Positions 30,251-42,218 of a stretch of 64,000 nucleotides of DNA are shown here, one piece after another. The notes below the pieces were generated by a model, which was not told the origin of the DNA, did not search any database, and saw only the letters and a list, made by a program, of their open reading frames with translations. The stretch is from NCBI GenBank assembly GCA_964250925.1, contig CAXUHU010000003.1, positions 25,327 to 89,326 of the forward strand, in the 5' to 3' direction. The DNA comes from an uncultured Acetobacteraceae bacterium. Its GTDB lineage: Bacteria > Pseudomonadota > Alphaproteobacteria > Acetobacterales > Acetobacteraceae. Every line of letters begins with the position of its first letter. The first letter of the stretch is position 1. The position numbers and the translations under genes are program-made.

Positions 30251-31228
30251 TCAGCTGTGCGGCTCCACGTGGCCGCCGAACTTGTTGCGCATGGCGCTCA
30301 GCAGCTTTTCGCCGAACGTGTTGGCCGAGCGCGACCGGAAGCGCGCATACAGCGACGTTGACAACACCGGTACCGGCACGGATTCCTCGATTGCCGCCTC
30401 AACCGTCCAGCGCCCCTCGCCCGAGTCGCTGACCTTGCCAGTGAACTCGGACAGGGTCTCGTTCTCGGCCAGGGCGGATGCGGTCAGGTCCAGCAGCCAG
30501 GACGATACAACGCTGCCACGGCGCCAGACCTCGGCTATATCGGCCACATCCAGCTTGAATCGCTGGTCTTCCGGCAACTCCGTCGACGCCTTGCCCTGCA
30601 GCACGTCGAAACCTTCGGCGTAGGCCTGCATCAAACCGTATTCGATGCCGTTATGAACCATCTTCACGAAGTGCCCGGAGCCGGCCGGCCCGCAATACAT
30701 GTAACCCTGCTCCGGCCGCGGATCGCGATTATGCCGCTCCTTCGTGCGCTCCACATCGCCCATGCCCGGCGCCAGCGTGGCGAAGATCGGGTCGAGCCGC
30801 TCCACCACCTCCTTCGGGCCGCCGATCATCATGCAGTAGCCGCGCTCGAGGCCCCACACGCCGCCCGACGTGCCGACATCGACGTAGTTCAGCCCCTTGT
30901 CGCGCAACGAGGCAGCGCGGCGTATGTCGTCCTTGTAGAACGTGTTGCCGCCATCAATGATGGTGTCGCCGGCCTCCATGTGTTCGATCAGCGTCGCGAT
31001 CGTCTGCTCGGTGATCTCGCCCGCGGGCAGCATCACCCACACGGCACGCGGCTTTTCCAGGCCACGCAGCAGGTCGGCAAGGTCGGCGGCACCCACGGCG
31101 CCTTCGCCAGCCACGCGCTTCACCGCGTCGGGGCTGTGGTCGTACACCACACAATTATGCCCCGCGCGCATCAGCCGCAGGCTGATGTTTCCGCCCATAC
31201 GGCCGAGGCCGATTACGCCGAGTTGCAT
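30251..31228 (-). CDS. gnd: 6-phosphogluconate dehydrogenase (decarboxylating, short type)
   Basis: [24 protein letters not shown]. Confidence 0.95.
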   Translation of the reverse strand: MQLGVIGLGRMGGNISLRLMRAGHNCVVYDHSPDAVKRVAGEGAVGAADLADLLRGLEKPRAVWVMLPAGEITEQTIATLIEHMEAGDTIIDGGNTFYKDDIRRAASLRDKGLNYVDVGTSGGVWGLERGYCMMIGGPKEVVERLDPIFATLAPGMGDVERTKERHNRDPRPEQGYMYCGPAGSGHFVKMVHNGIEYGLMQAYAEGFDVLQGKASTELPEDQRFKLDVADIAEVWRRGSVVSSWLLDLTASALAENETLSEFTGKVSDSGEGRWTVEAAIEESVPVPVLSTSLYARFRSRSANTFGEKLLSAMRNKFGGHVEPHS

Positions 31229-31348
31229 GCTCACTCTCCGACTGTTGCCGCCTACCGTGCGGTGGGCTGCGCTTAAACGACCCAGCCTCCTACCGCAGCA
31301 AAATGCCTGCCGCCGTGCGCGCGCGGGATGGACTGTTCAAAGCCCGCC

Positions 31349-34231
31349 CTACGCGGCCGATTTCGACAGTGCCTGCTCCACTGAAGTCGTCAGGGCGGCC
31401 AACCCCGCGGCCACATCGGCACCCAGATGCACGCGCAACGCACGCCGGCCACGCTCGGCCAGCACGCCGAAATCACCGCGCGCCTGCGCCGCCTTCACCA
31501 GACCGAAGGTATAGCCTTCGCCAGGCACCTTCACATCCGCCTTGTCCGCCGCGGTGATCTGCAGGAACACGCCGCTATTGGGGCCGCCCTTGTATGCTTG
31601 GCCGGTCGAATGCAGGAATCGCGGTCCGAATTCTACTACCGTTGCAAGCTGCGTCTTGTCGCGCACCAGCAATCGCAGCTTCTGCAACTGCCCGATATGC
31701 TCGGGATTGCGCTCCACATAGGCGAGGGCGGCCACGTAGTCGCCCTCATGCGCGCGGGCGAAATGCGCGCGCAGCACTTCTACCAGCGAGCCACCCTGCA
31801 GCGCCGCAGCGTTCTTCTCGTCGGCAAACAACTGCACACCGCCGAACGTCGCGAACGGCGCTTCGTCAGGCAGTTTGCCGGTCTTGCCCGCCGCGTCCGT
31901 CAGCTCACGCGTCTTCATCTTGCTGGCCTCGACATCGGGCTGGTCGAAAGCGTCGATCCCGATGATGCTGCCGGCAACGGCCGTCGCGAATTCCCACAGG
32001 AAAAACTGCTGGCCAAGCTCCTGATGCCCGTTCAGCGTCACGGTCACCACGGGCTGGCCCGCTTTCTCCAACGCCTTGATGGCAGCATCCTGCGTGGCAT
32101 CGGCCGCGTCGTCGGCCTTCAGATAGGCGAACAGCCGGTCCTTGCCGTAGAGTTCGGGCGCGCCCAGCGTCTCCCCATCGATCGGCACCAAACCGCGCCC
32201 CAACTTGCCGGTGCTTTCGGCCAGCAACTGCTCCAGCCACGCGCCCAGGTCGGACACGCCGGGAGATGCGACGATGGTTACCTTGTCGTGCCCGGCCCGC
32301 TGCGCTTCACCCATAATCGTGCCCAGCACGACGCCAGGGTTGGCAGCCGGCGGCGTGCCGGCCGAGCAGCTATGCACCATCCGGATCGTCGACTGCAGGA
32401 ACGTGCGCACGTCGATACCGATGGCGGCAGCAGGCACCAAGCCGAAATTGGACAGCACGGAGTAGCGGCCGCCGATCTCCGGGTTGCCGTAGAAAATCTT
32501 CCAGAAGCCGTCGCCTTCGGCAACTGTCTGCATGTGCGAGCCGGGATCGGTCACCGCCACGAAATGGTGCCCCGCCTTCTCCGCGCCTATCGCCTCCTGC
32601 ATGCGCGCCCAAAAATACGCCTTCAGGATGTTCGGCTCCAGCGTGCCGCCGGATTTGCTCGACACGATCACCAGCGTCTTGGGCAAATCGACCGCGTCTT
32701 CGAACGTTTTGATCTGCTGCGGATCGGTGCTGTCCAGCACGTGCAGCTTAGGCCAGCCCGCCCGTTGGCCGAACGTCTTGCCGAACACTTCCGGCCCCAG
32801 GCTGGAACCGCCCATGCCCAACAGAAGCACGTCGGTAAAGCCCGCCGCCTTCACGTCGTCCTGAAAGGCGAGCAGCTCGTCCACATGGTCAAGACGTTCG
32901 CGGGCGATGTCCAGCCAGCCCAGCCACTTGGCTTCCGGGCCGTTCGTCCACAGCGAAGCATCATGAGCCCACAACTTGCGTACGGACCCCTCGTGCCGCC
33001 AACGGTCCAGCGTGGCGTCCACGGCGCCGTCCAGCGGTTCGGGAAGGCTGTAGTGCAGACTGGCAATCGTGCTGCCCAACAGTGCCGCCCGCTTCTTGGC
33101 CACCGCCAGCAGCAACGCATCGGCCGCTTCTGCGAACAGCTGCACGCCGTCATCGACCAGCTGCTTCGTCACGCCCTCCAGATCGAGGCCGAGGCGCTCT
33201 GCCTCTGCAAGCACGTGACGTGCCTGATCGACGTTCTCGGTCAACGACGCTCGCACATGGCCGTGGTCGCGGAACGCATCCATCGTTGCTGGCGGTATCG
33301 TGTCCACCGTGTCGCGGCCGATAAGCTCCTCAACGTAGAGCACGTCGCTGTACGCCTTGTCCTTTACGCCCGTGCTGGCCCAAAGCAGGCGCTGCGGGTT
33401 GGCACCGGCGGCGGCCAGTGTCTTCCAGCGCTCGCTGGCAATCATGTCCTGGTAATAGACGTAAGCCACTTTCGCGTTCGCGATGGCAACCTTGCCGCGC
33501 AATGCGCGCAACGCATCGGCATCCTTGTCGCCGGCAGCCAGCCGCTCATCGATCTTCTTGTCGATCTGAGTGTCGATACGGCTGACGAAGAAGCTTGCCA
33601 CGCTGGACAGGTGGCTGATGTCCTGCCCCTTGGCGTGGCGGTCCTCCAGGCCGGCGAGGTAGGATTCGGAAACGTTCTTGTAGCTGTCGATGGAGAACAG
33701 CAGCGTCACGTTGATGTTGATGCCCTCGGCGATCAGGACGCGTATCGCGGGCACACCCTGCGTCGTACCCGGCACCTTCACCATCAGGTTCGGCCGGTCC
33801 ACCCATTTGTGCAGGCGACGCGCTTCGGTGATCGTGTCGTCCGTCTTCAACGCCAAATAGGGCGAGACCTCCAGGCTGACATAGCCGTCCAAGCCCTTCG
33901 TCCGCTCAAACACCGGCCTCAACACGTCGGCCACGTGCTGGATGTCGGCCACCGCCATCGTCTCGTAGATGTCCTGCACATCGTGCTCGCCGCCGGCGGC
34001 AAGCTGCTTGAACTCCTCGTCGTAATCCGTCCCGTGGCCCATCGCCTTCTCGAAGATCGACGGGTTGGAGGTCACGCCGCCCAACCCGTCCGTCTCGACC
34101 AGCTTCTGCAGGCTGCCATCCAGGATGAAGCCGCGTCGCACGAAATCCAGCCAGGGCGACTGGCCTTCGCTCAGCAGCTGCTTGACGGGGTTGGCCTGCT
34201 GGGCAGCCTGTGAATGGACGACCGTATCCAT
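31349..34231 (-). CDS. tal: Bifunctional transaldolase / phosphoglucose isomerase
   Basis: N-terminal GVTSNPSIF and VKVP (transaldolase); C-terminal GMGGSSLGP, SKSGGT, GGRYS, FDQPDVE (PGI). Confidence 0.95.
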   Translation of the reverse strand: MDTVVHSQAAQQANPVKQLLSEGQSPWLDFVRRGFILDGSLQKLVETDGLGGVTSNPSIFEKAMGHGTDYDEEFKQLAAGGEHDVQDIYETMAVADIQHVADVLRPVFERTKGLDGYVSLEVSPYLALKTDDTITEARRLHKWVDRPNLMVKVPGTTQGVPAIRVLIAEGININVTLLFSIDSYKNVSESYLAGLEDRHAKGQDISHLSSVASFFVSRIDTQIDKKIDERLAAGDKDADALRALRGKVAIANAKVAYVYYQDMIASERWKTLAAAGANPQRLLWASTGVKDKAYSDVLYVEELIGRDTVDTIPPATMDAFRDHGHVRASLTENVDQARHVLAEAERLGLDLEGVTKQLVDDGVQLFAEAADALLLAVAKKRAALLGSTIASLHYSLPEPLDGAVDATLDRWRHEGSVRKLWAHDASLWTNGPEAKWLGWLDIARERLDHVDELLAFQDDVKAAGFTDVLLLGMGGSSLGPEVFGKTFGQRAGWPKLHVLDSTDPQQIKTFEDAVDLPKTLVIVSSKSGGTLEPNILKAYFWARMQEAIGAEKAGHHFVAVTDPGSHMQTVAEGDGFWKIFYGNPEIGGRYSVLSNFGLVPAAAIGIDVRTFLQSTIRMVHSCSAGTPPAANPGVVLGTIMGEAQRAGHDKVTIVASPGVSDLGAWLEQLLAESTGKLGRGLVPIDGETLGAPELYGKDRLFAYLKADDAADATQDAAIKALEKAGQPVVTVTLNGHQELGQQFFLWEFATAVAGSIIGIDAFDQPDVEASKMKTRELTDAAGKTGKLPDEAPFATFGGVQLFADEKNAAALQGGSLVEVLRAHFARAHEGDYVAALAYVERNPEHIGQLQKLRLLVRDKTQLATVVEFGPRFLHSTGQAYKGGPNSGVFLQITAADKADVKVPGEGYTFGLVKAAQARGDFGVLAERGRRALRVHLGADVAAGLAALTTSVEQALSKSAA

Positions 34232-34246
34232 GGCGAAATCCTCTCG

Positions 34247-36358
34247 TTACGTGCGGCCGGCCTGTTTGCGGGCGGCCTCGGCCACGGCATCAGGCGTGAA
34301 CCCGAACTTCTTCTGCAGGGCGGCCAAGGGTGCGGAGGCACCGAAGGTGTGCATGCCGATTGCGGCCCCCGTGCTGCCAATGTAGCGGTCCCAGCCAATG
34401 GTGCTGCCCTGTTCCACCGAGACGCGCCCGGTAACATGGGGCGGCAAAACGCTGTGGCGGTACTCGGCCGGCTGGTCCTCGAACAGTTCCCAGCTCGGGA
34501 AGCTGACCACCCGGGCGCGTATGCCCTCGCCGGTCAGCGTCTCGTAGGCGCCGACGGCCAGGCTCACCTCGCTGCCGGTTGCCATCAGGATCACCTCCGG
34601 TTCCCCACCGCCCGGCGGGTCGGCCAGGATGTAGGCACCGTGCTTCAGGCCCGAAGCAGGCGCGTATTTTTCGCGGTCCAGCGTCGGCAAAGCCTGGCGG
34701 GACAGAATCAGGCAGGCGGGCTGTTCCTTGAGCGTCATCACGTGACGCCAGGCTTCGGCCACCTCGTTGGCGTCGCCCGGGCGCAGCACAATCATTCCGG
34801 GGATGCCCCGCAGCGAAACCAGCTGCTCGATGGGCTGGTGCGTCGGCCCGTCCTCGCCCACGCCGATGCTGTCATGGGTGAAGATGTAGACGACCGGCAG
34901 CTCCATGATTGCCGACAACCGGATTGGCGGCTTCATGTAGTCCGAGAAAATGAGAAAGCCCGACCCGTAGGACCGTAGGGCGGACAGGGCCAGCCCGTTG
35001 CAGATCGACCCCATCGCATGCTCGCGTATGCCGAAATGAAGGTTCCGACCACCGTAATTATCGGCCTCGAAGCTGTTGGCCCCCTGAAACGTCATGTTGC
35101 TCTTGGTCGAGGGCGCGAGGTCTGCCGCACCACCGATCATCCACGGCACGTGCGGGGCGATGGCGTTAAGCACCTTCTGTGACGAATCGCGCGAGGCGAC
35201 CCCCTTGGCGTCGGCAGGGAAGCTCGGTATCTCGGAATCCCAGCCGTCCGGCAGGGTGTGCTGGTTCATCATCTCCAGCTCGGCCGCCAGTTCCGGATAA
35301 TCTTTCTTGTAGCCGTCCATCAGCTTGTGCCAGGCCGCGTGCAACCCCGCGCCGCGCTTGCCGATACCCTCGGCAAAATGGTCGTAAACGCCGTCCGGCA
35401 CCAGGAACGAGGACTCTTCCGGCCAGCCATAGGCTCGCTTGGCGCCGCGGATCTCCTCCTCACCCAGCGGCTCTCCATGCGCCTTGTTCGTGCCGGCTTT
35501 TTTGGGAGCGCCGTAGCCGATTGTGCTGGTCACCCGGATGAAGCTCGGCCGGTCGGTCACCGTCTTGGCCTCCGCAATCGCCCGGCCCATGGCGTCCAAG
35601 TCGTTGGCGTCGTCCACGTGCTGCACGTGCCAGCCATAGGCGGCAAAGCGCGCCGGCACGTCCTCGTCGAAGGCGAGGTCCGTGCCACCCTCGATGGTGA
35701 TGTGGTTGCTGTCGTAGATCCAGGTCAGGTTGCCCAGCCGCAGATGCGCCGCTGTGGAGGCCGACTCGCTGCTTATCCCCTCCATCATGTCGCCGTCGCC
35801 GGCCAGCACGTAGACGTGGTGGTTAAACACCTCATAGCCCGGCTTGTTGTAGCGGCTGGCGAGGTAGCGTTCGGCCATCGCCAACCCAACGGAATTGCCG
35901 CAACCCTGGCCCAAAGGCCCGGTCGTCGTCTCGACACCGGATGTCATGCGGTACTCGGGGTGGCCAGGCGTCTTGCTGTCGAGTTGTCGAAACTTCTTGA
36001 GGTCATCGATCGTCAGCGCCGGGCCGCTCGTGTCCTCGTGCTCGTTGACCGCCCGCATGCCCGTCAGGTGAATGAGCGAGTACAACAGCATGGATGCATG
36101 GCCGACCGACAGCACGAACCGGTCGCGGTTCGGCCAGTTCGGATCGGCGGGGTCGAAATTGAGAAAGTGCTGCCACAGCGTATAGGCCACCGGCGCCATG
36201 GCCATCGGCGTGCCGGGATGGCCGGAGTTAGCTTTCTGGACAGCATCCATCGACAGGGTGCGTATGGTGTTGATGCAGAGCAGGTCGATGTCACCGCCCT
36301 TCTCTTGGGCCGCTTGTTGCGAAGCGTCCATCGAAGCCGATACGTGGTCTGGTGACAT
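34247..36358 (-). CDS. tkt: Transketolase
   Basis: [37 protein letters not shown]. Confidence 0.97.
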   Translation of the reverse strand: MSPDHVSASMDASQQAAQEKGGDIDLLCINTIRTLSMDAVQKANSGHPGTPMAMAPVAYTLWQHFLNFDPADPNWPNRDRFVLSVGHASMLLYSLIHLTGMRAVNEHEDTSGPALTIDDLKKFRQLDSKTPGHPEYRMTSGVETTTGPLGQGCGNSVGLAMAERYLASRYNKPGYEVFNHHVYVLAGDGDMMEGISSESASTAAHLRLGNLTWIYDSNHITIEGGTDLAFDEDVPARFAAYGWHVQHVDDANDLDAMGRAIAEAKTVTDRPSFIRVTSTIGYGAPKKAGTNKAHGEPLGEEEIRGAKRAYGWPEESSFLVPDGVYDHFAEGIGKRGAGLHAAWHKLMDGYKKDYPELAAELEMMNQHTLPDGWDSEIPSFPADAKGVASRDSSQKVLNAIAPHVPWMIGGAADLAPSTKSNMTFQGANSFEADNYGGRNLHFGIREHAMGSICNGLALSALRSYGSGFLIFSDYMKPPIRLSAIMELPVVYIFTHDSIGVGEDGPTHQPIEQLVSLRGIPGMIVLRPGDANEVAEAWRHVMTLKEQPACLILSRQALPTLDREKYAPASGLKHGAYILADPPGGGEPEVILMATGSEVSLAVGAYETLTGEGIRARVVSFPSWELFEDQPAEYRHSVLPPHVTGRVSVEQGSTIGWDRYIGSTGAAIGMHTFGASAPLAALQKKFGFTPDAVAEAARKQAGRT

Positions 36359-36485
36359 GCTCTCTCCTGGCCGTTGCGGCTTTGACGGTTATCCCTGAGC
36401 GCAGTCTATAGGCGGGCTTGGCTCCCGGCTATTCCACCTTATGCGGACCAGACGCGTGCGCCCGCGGGTAGTTGCACCGGCAACC

Positions 36486-39400
36486 TCATTCCGCCGGCTG
36501 CCGCGCCACGGCCTGTTGGGCGGGCGGTGCCAAGCCGAGCCGCTGTTTGATCCGCTCGCGCCCGGTCTGAAACGTCACATACAGCATCGGAATTAGGAAG
36601 ATGCCGATGGCGCTCGCGGCAAGCATGCCGGCAAACACCGGGGTACCCACGTCGCGTCGGCTGATCTCGGCCGCCCCGCTTGCAATGACAAGCGGCACCA
36701 AGCCCAGCACGAAGGCGACCGACGTCATCATGACGGCGCGGAACCGGGTCTGTGCGCCCAATGCCGCAGCCTCGGCGATCGGCACGCCACGCTCCCGCTG
36801 GTCCTTGGCAAACTCGACGATCAGGATGCCGTTCTTGGCCGCCAGGGCGATCAGCACGACCAAGCCGATCTGCGCGTAGAGGTCCAGCGACAGACCAGCC
36901 ACGGAAATGCCGATCAGCGAGCCGAGCACGCCTACCGCGACCGACAGCAGCACCGGAATGGGAATTACCCAGCTCTCGTACAGCCCGACCAGGAACAGGT
37001 AGGCGAACAGGATGGCGAGCGCCAGGATCGTGCCGGTCTGCCCAGCGGCGGCCACCTCCTGAAAGGCGGTACCGGTCCATTCGTAGCCGTAGCCGGCCGG
37101 CAGCGTGCGTGCCGAGACGTCCGCCATGGCGGCGATGGACTGTCCGGACGAGACGCCCGGCGCGGGCGAGCCGTTGACGGTGACCGAACGGTAATTGTTG
37201 TAACGGTTGATGATCTGCGGACCAAGCTTGATGCGGACCTCGGCGATCGAGCGCAACGGCACCATCTCGTTGACGCGGTTTCGTATGTAGATTTGCCACA
37301 GGGCTGGTATGTCGCTGCGGTCGAACGCCTCGCCTTCGATGTTCACCTGCCACACGCGGCCATACAGGTTGAAGTTGTTGATGTAGTTGCCGCCCAGCGT
37401 AGCGCTCAAGGTGTCGAACACGTCCGACATGTTCAGTCCCAGCGCCTGCGCTTTTTCACGGTCGATGTCGAGGAACAGCGAGGGATTGCTGGCCGAGAAC
37501 GTGGAGAACACCTGGCCGAGACGATGGTCGCCCCGAGCGGCGGCGAGCAGCCCGTTCAGCGTGCTGTTGATCGCACTCGGGTCCTGCCCCTCCAGCGCGT
37601 CCAACTGGTACTCGAAGCCACCCACCGTCCCCAGCCCGATGATCGGCGGCAGGTTGACGGCGATCACGTTGGCCGAGCGAATATGCGCGCCCATGCCGAA
37701 TACCTGGCGTATCATCGCCGCCACCTGTGTCTTCGCCGTGGTCCGGTCGGCGAAGGATTTCAGGCGGACGAACATGAAGCCGTTGTTGGATTCCTGCGCG
37801 TTGTCCAGGATGGAGAAACCGACGATGGCGAACGTGTCCTGCACGCCCGCCATTCTGATGACGTTGCGTTCGACTTGGCTCACCACCTCGCTGGTGCGCG
37901 CCAGCGAGGCCCCGTCCGGCAGCTGCATGGACACGAAAAATCCGCCCTGGTCCTCGCTGGGCAGGAAGCCCGAGGGCGTGATGCTGGCCAGCCCGAAGAT
38001 GCCGCCGGCGCACAGCGCGATAGCGACGAGGGCCAGTGAGGAACGCCGGATCAGCCGGCGCACGATGCTGGTGTAACCGTCGCGCGTGTGGTCGATGCCG
38101 CGCAGTATGCGGGCCAGTATGCCGTGCTTGGCTTCTGCCCGGGGTTTTAGGAACATGCCGCACAGAGCGGGCGACAAGGTCAGCGCGTTCAGCGCCGAGA
38201 TCAGCATGGCCGCCGAAATCGTCACCGCGAACTGCTTGAACAGCACGCCCGAAATGCCCGGAATGAAGCCGATCGGCACGAACACCGACAGCAGCACCAG
38301 GGTGATCGCGATGATCGGCGCGGTGATCTGCCGCATCGCCTCCTTCACCGAGTCCCGCGGGTCCCAATCGGGATGCTCTTCGATCACCCGCTCCACGTTC
38401 TCGACCACCACGATCGCGTCGTCGACCACGATGCCGATCGCGAGCACCATGGCCAGCAGCGTCACCGTGTTGGCCGAAAACCCCAACGCCAGCAGCACGG
38501 CAAAGGCACCGATCAGGCTGACCGGCACGGCGATGGTCGGGATGATGGTGGCGCGTAGATTGCCCAGGAACAGGAACACCACGATCACGACCAGCACGAA
38601 AGCTTCGCCCAGCGTCTTCAGCACTTCGGCGATCGTGTCGGTTACGAACAGCGTGGAGTTCCAGGTCACCTGGTAGTCCATGCCCTGCGGAAAGCGCGCC
38701 TTCAGCTGAGCCAGCTTGGCGTTCACCGCGCGCGCGGTGGCCACCGCGTTGGCGCCGGGGGCGAGGTTGATCCGCATGGCGACCGAGGGCTTGCCGTCCA
38801 GTCGGCTTTCGCTGTCCAGGCTCTGGGCGCCCAGTTCCACACGGGCCACGTCGTGGATGCGCAGCAGCGAGCCGTCCGGGTTGGCGCGCAGCACGATGTC
38901 GCCGAACTGCTTGGCCGTGGTCAGCCGCCCCTGGGTCTGCACGTTGAGCTGGAACTGCACGTCGTTGCTGGCCGGCCGTGCGCCGATGCGGCCCACGGGG
39001 GCCACAACGTTCTGCGCCTGGATCGCGTTGGTGACGTCGGCGGGCGTGAGGTTCAGGTTGGTCAGGCGCTTGGTGTCGAACCAGATGCGCATCGAGTAGA
39101 GTTGCTGGCTGAACAGGGCGGCCTGGCCCACGCCGTTGATGCGCGAGATCTCGTCCAGCACGCTGATGGTGACGTAGTTCGTGATGAACAGCGTGTCCTG
39201 CTTGCTGCTCGGGCTGAAGAAGTTGACGAACTCCAGCACCGCGCTGCTGGCCTTCTGCACCGTCAGCCCCTGCGCCTGCACCGCCGCCGGCAACTGGGCC
39301 AATGCGGTCTGCACGCGGTTGTTGACGTTGACGGTGTTGATGTCGGGATCGGTGCCCAGCGCGAAGCTGACGGTCAGCCCGTAGGTGCCGTCGTTGGCGT

Positions 39401-39647
39401 TGGTGCTCTTCATGTAGAGCATCTTGTCCACGCCCACGACGCGCGCCTCGATCGGCTGCGCGACGGAGGCTTCGACGTCGGCCGCCGAGGCGCCCGGATA
39501 GACGGCCGAGACCTGGACCTGCGGCGGCACGATGTCGGGGAACTGTGCCACCGGGATCCGGCCAAGCGAGATCAGGCCCGCGATTGTGATCACGATCGCG
39601 ATCACGATAGCCAGGCGCGGCCGATCGACGAAGACGGCGGAGATCAC
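36486..39647 (-). CDS. RND efflux permease (AcrB/AcrD/AcrF family)
   Basis: [45 protein letters not shown]. Confidence 0.96.
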   Translation of the reverse strand: MISAVFVDRPRLAIVIAIVITIAGLISLGRIPVAQFPDIVPPQVQVSAVYPGASAADVEASVAQPIEARVVGVDKMLYMKSTNANDGTYGLTVSFALGTDPDINTVNVNNRVQTALAQLPAAVQAQGLTVQKASSAVLEFVNFFSPSSKQDTLFITNYVTISVLDEISRINGVGQAALFSQQLYSMRIWFDTKRLTNLNLTPADVTNAIQAQNVVAPVGRIGARPASNDVQFQLNVQTQGRLTTAKQFGDIVLRANPDGSLLRIHDVARVELGAQSLDSESRLDGKPSVAMRINLAPGANAVATARAVNAKLAQLKARFPQGMDYQVTWNSTLFVTDTIAEVLKTLGEAFVLVVIVVFLFLGNLRATIIPTIAVPVSLIGAFAVLLALGFSANTVTLLAMVLAIGIVVDDAIVVVENVERVIEEHPDWDPRDSVKEAMRQITAPIIAITLVLLSVFVPIGFIPGISGVLFKQFAVTISAAMLISALNALTLSPALCGMFLKPRAEAKHGILARILRGIDHTRDGYTSIVRRLIRRSSLALVAIALCAGGIFGLASITPSGFLPSEDQGGFFVSMQLPDGASLARTSEVVSQVERNVIRMAGVQDTFAIVGFSILDNAQESNNGFMFVRLKSFADRTTAKTQVAAMIRQVFGMGAHIRSANVIAVNLPPIIGLGTVGGFEYQLDALEGQDPSAINSTLNGLLAAARGDHRLGQVFSTFSASNPSLFLDIDREKAQALGLNMSDVFDTLSATLGGNYINNFNLYGRVWQVNIEGEAFDRSDIPALWQIYIRNRVNEMVPLRSIAEVRIKLGPQIINRYNNYRSVTVNGSPAPGVSSGQSIAAMADVSARTLPAGYGYEWTGTAFQEVAAAGQTGTILALAILFAYLFLVGLYESWVIPIPVLLSVAVGVLGSLIGISVAGLSLDLYAQIGLVVLIALAAKNGILIVEFAKDQRERGVPIAEAAALGAQTRFRAVMMTSVAFVLGLVPLVIASGAAEISRRDVGTPVFAGMLAASAIGIFLIPMLYVTFQTGRERIKQRLGLAPPAQQAVARQPAE

Positions 39648-39677
39648 GGGACGGCCGTATGCATGCGACGGGAAGGA

Positions 39678-40844
39678 TCAGCCGGCATGGGGTGCGGGCT
39701 GCGGCGGAGCGGCAGAAGCAGGGCCAGGTACCACCGCAATGCCCGGGCGCACGCGCTGGATACCCTCCACGATCACTGTCTGGCCTTCGGTCAGCCCGGC
39801 AGTCACGGCAGCGACGCTGGCCGTCGATTGGCCGAGCTGTATCCTGGTCTGCTGCGCGTGGTTCTGCGCGTCCAACGTGTACACGTAATCGCCCTGCTGG
39901 TCAGACAGCACGGCGGCGCGCGGCACGCCCAACACCTCGATCGGGGTGATGCCCTGCACCATCACCTGCACGAACTCCCCATCCACCAGCTCGCGTGTGC
40001 TGCCGTCCTGCTTGCCGGCGGCCTCGCTGGAGGCGAGCAGCGGGTTGGGCAGGATCGCGCGCACGTTCAACGTATCGGTGCTGGCCGAGATGCTCGGGTC
40101 CACGTAGTCCAGCTTGCCGTCCTGGCCGTAGGTCCGGCCGTTCGGAAGCTGTATCTGCACTTTAACCGCGCTGAAGCCGCCATGACCGGCGTAGCGCTGC
40201 CGCAGATCCTGTGCCGCCCGCGAGGAGATCGGAAACAACACGTACATCGGGTCCTGGCTGACGATGGTGGCCAGCGTGCCGCTGGTGGGGCCCACCACGT
40301 TGCCTTCGGTCACTGTCGTGCGGCTGATCTTGCCGGTGATCGGCGCGTGTATCTGCGTGTAGGCAAGGTTTATCTGCGAGGTGGCCAAGTTTGCCTGCGC
40401 CGCCTCCACCTGGGCCTGCTGGCTGCGCTGCTGCGCGACGGCAGCATCGAAGTTCGACCGCTGGCCTGCAGGGGTGTTCAGGAGTGCCTGTTGCCGGCTG
40501 AGCGTCTGGTTGGCGTTCAGCAGGAGCGCATTGACCTGGTCCAGCGCCGCCTTCTTGGCCAGGAAGTCGGCCTGGAATGGCCCCTCCTCCAGCTGGTAGA
40601 GCAGATCGCCCTGCTTGACCTCGCTGCCCTCGGTGAACAGGCGCTTGTCAAGAAAAGCCACGACGCGGGCGACCAGCGACACGCGGTTTACCGCCTCGAC
40701 CCGGCCGATAAACTGGTCGGTTTCCACGATCGGCGTACGCTCAGCCTTTACCACGCCCACGGCGGGCGGCCCCTGGTTCGGCTGGGCGGCGGCCGGAACG
40801 GCGCCCAGCATGACGCCGAGCGCAAGGAAGCGTGTCGTACGCAT
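39678..40844 (-). CDS. RND periplasmic adaptor subunit (AcrA family)
   Basis: GRVEAV, FTEGSEVKQGDLL, IHAPITG, VEGIQRVRPG. Confidence 0.93.
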   Translation of the reverse strand: MRTTRFLALGVMLGAVPAAAQPNQGPPAVGVVKAERTPIVETDQFIGRVEAVNRVSLVARVVAFLDKRLFTEGSEVKQGDLLYQLEEGPFQADFLAKKAALDQVNALLLNANQTLSRQQALLNTPAGQRSNFDAAVAQQRSQQAQVEAAQANLATSQINLAYTQIHAPITGKISRTTVTEGNVVGPTSGTLATIVSQDPMYVLFPISSRAAQDLRQRYAGHGGFSAVKVQIQLPNGRTYGQDGKLDYVDPSISASTDTLNVRAILPNPLLASSEAAGKQDGSTRELVDGEFVQVMVQGITPIEVLGVPRAAVLSDQQGDYVYTLDAQNHAQQTRIQLGQSTASVAAVTAGLTEGQTVIVEGIQRVRPGIAVVPGPASAAPPQPAPHAG

Positions 40845-40893
40845 CACCATCTCCTGCACGCGGTCTGAGTTGGTCCGGGAATAAGCGGCGTAA

Positions 40894-41226
40894 TTACGTC
40901 GGCAGCTCAAGGGGTAGCACCTGCGCCACACGGTCGGCCACCGCTTCCCGCACCGGAGGCTCCAGCGCGTCGAGCACCAGGCGCAACTGGCGCCGTGTCG
41001 CATAAAGCTGATCGAGAAGCGAGAGCACCAGCGGCACGGTCGGCTCCTCCACCTCCAGCGCGGTGTGCAGTTCCACGATCAGCCGGATGCGGGCGACATC
41101 GATCTCGCGGAAGGCCGGCTTGCCGGCGCGCCGGTCCGGGCGGATCCAATCCTGGTCCATCCAGCGTTGCAGCTCGTCCTCGGTCAGCCCGGGGATGGCG
41201 GCGCATATGCTCGCCAGGGTAATCAT
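40894..41226 (-). CDS. cbpM: Chaperone modulator CbpM
   Basis: MerR-like WIRP...DVARIRLI...LVLSLLDQ; overlaps the cbpA stop. Confidence 0.85.
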   Translation of the reverse strand: MITLASICAAIPGLTEDELQRWMDQDWIRPDRRAGKPAFREIDVARIRLIVELHTALEVEEPTVPLVLSLLDQLYATRRQLRLVLDALEPPVREAVADRVAQVLPLELPT

Positions 41227-42167
41227 GCGGCCTCGCTCATCGGGCGGCGCGGGTCGAGCGGATGACGTTCGTAGAACGCGCGCAGTGCGTCCTCCAGCGC
41301 CTGATCCGGCTGGCCCAGCACGATCTGCAGCGTCACATACAGATCGCCCGCCGGTCGGCCGCCATGCTCGGGGATGCCGCGGCCGCGCAGCCGTAGCTGC
41401 CGGCCGGCATCCGAGCCGTGGGGGATGCTGAGGTTGACCGGACCTGCCGGCGTCGGCACCGCCACCTTGGCGCCGGAGGCCGCCTCAGACGCGGTAACCG
41501 GCAGGTCAAGGTGTATGTCGTCGCCCTCGCGCACGAAGAACGGATGAGGATTGACGGCCACTTCGATCAGCGCGTCGCCGGCGGCGCCACCGTTCCAGCC
41601 GGCGTCGCCTTGGCCGCGCAGGCGCAGGGTCTGGCCCTCGTCGAGACCGGCCGGGATTGTTACGTCCAGCGTGCGGCCGTCGGGCAGGGTCAGCCGGCGG
41701 CTGGCCCCCAGCGCCGCCTCGATGAAGCTGACCGACATCTGGTAGCGCTGGTCCTGGCCGCGCATGCGCTGGTCCTGCTGTCCGGCGGCCCCACTGGCGC
41801 CCATCCCGCCCCGCGCGGCGAACAGGTCGGAGAAGATGTCGTGGAACGCCGCCCTGTCGGCCCCGCCGACCCCCGCACCTCGATAGCGCGCCCCCTGGTC
41901 GCCCTCGGCATAGGATCGGTAGGTGCGCCGAGGATCCGCCTGCGTCTGGCCGGTGGCGTCAATCTCGCCTCGGTCGAAACGGGTGCGCTTGTCGGCGTCC
42001 GACAGCAGGTCGTTGGCGGCATTGATTGCCTTGAAACGCTCCTCGGCCTTCTTGTCGCCGGGATTGAGGTCCGGGTGGTGCTTCTTGGCCAGCTTCAAAT
42101 AGGCGGATTTGACCTGCGCCGCGGTTGCGTCGGGTTTGATGCCGAGGGTTTCATAGGGGGTAGGCAT
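41223..42167 (-). CDS. cbpA: DnaJ-class (CbpA-like) chaperone
   Basis: J domain with HPD, no Zn finger, DnaJ C-terminal domain. Confidence 0.9.
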   Translation of the reverse strand: MPTPYETLGIKPDATAAQVKSAYLKLAKKHHPDLNPGDKKAEERFKAINAANDLLSDADKRTRFDRGEIDATGQTQADPRRTYRSYAEGDQGARYRGAGVGGADRAAFHDIFSDLFAARGGMGASGAAGQQDQRMRGQDQRYQMSVSFIEAALGASRRLTLPDGRTLDVTIPAGLDEGQTLRLRGQGDAGWNGGAAGDALIEVAVNPHPFFVREGDDIHLDLPVTASEAASGAKVAVPTPAGPVNLSIPHGSDAGRQLRLRGRGIPEHGGRPAGDLYVTLQIVLGQPDQALEDALRAFYERHPLDPRRPMSEAA

Positions 42168-42218
42168 GCTGGCGATATAGGTTTGTAAGTTCCCCGTTAA
42201 AGTCGAGTGGCGGGCGGT

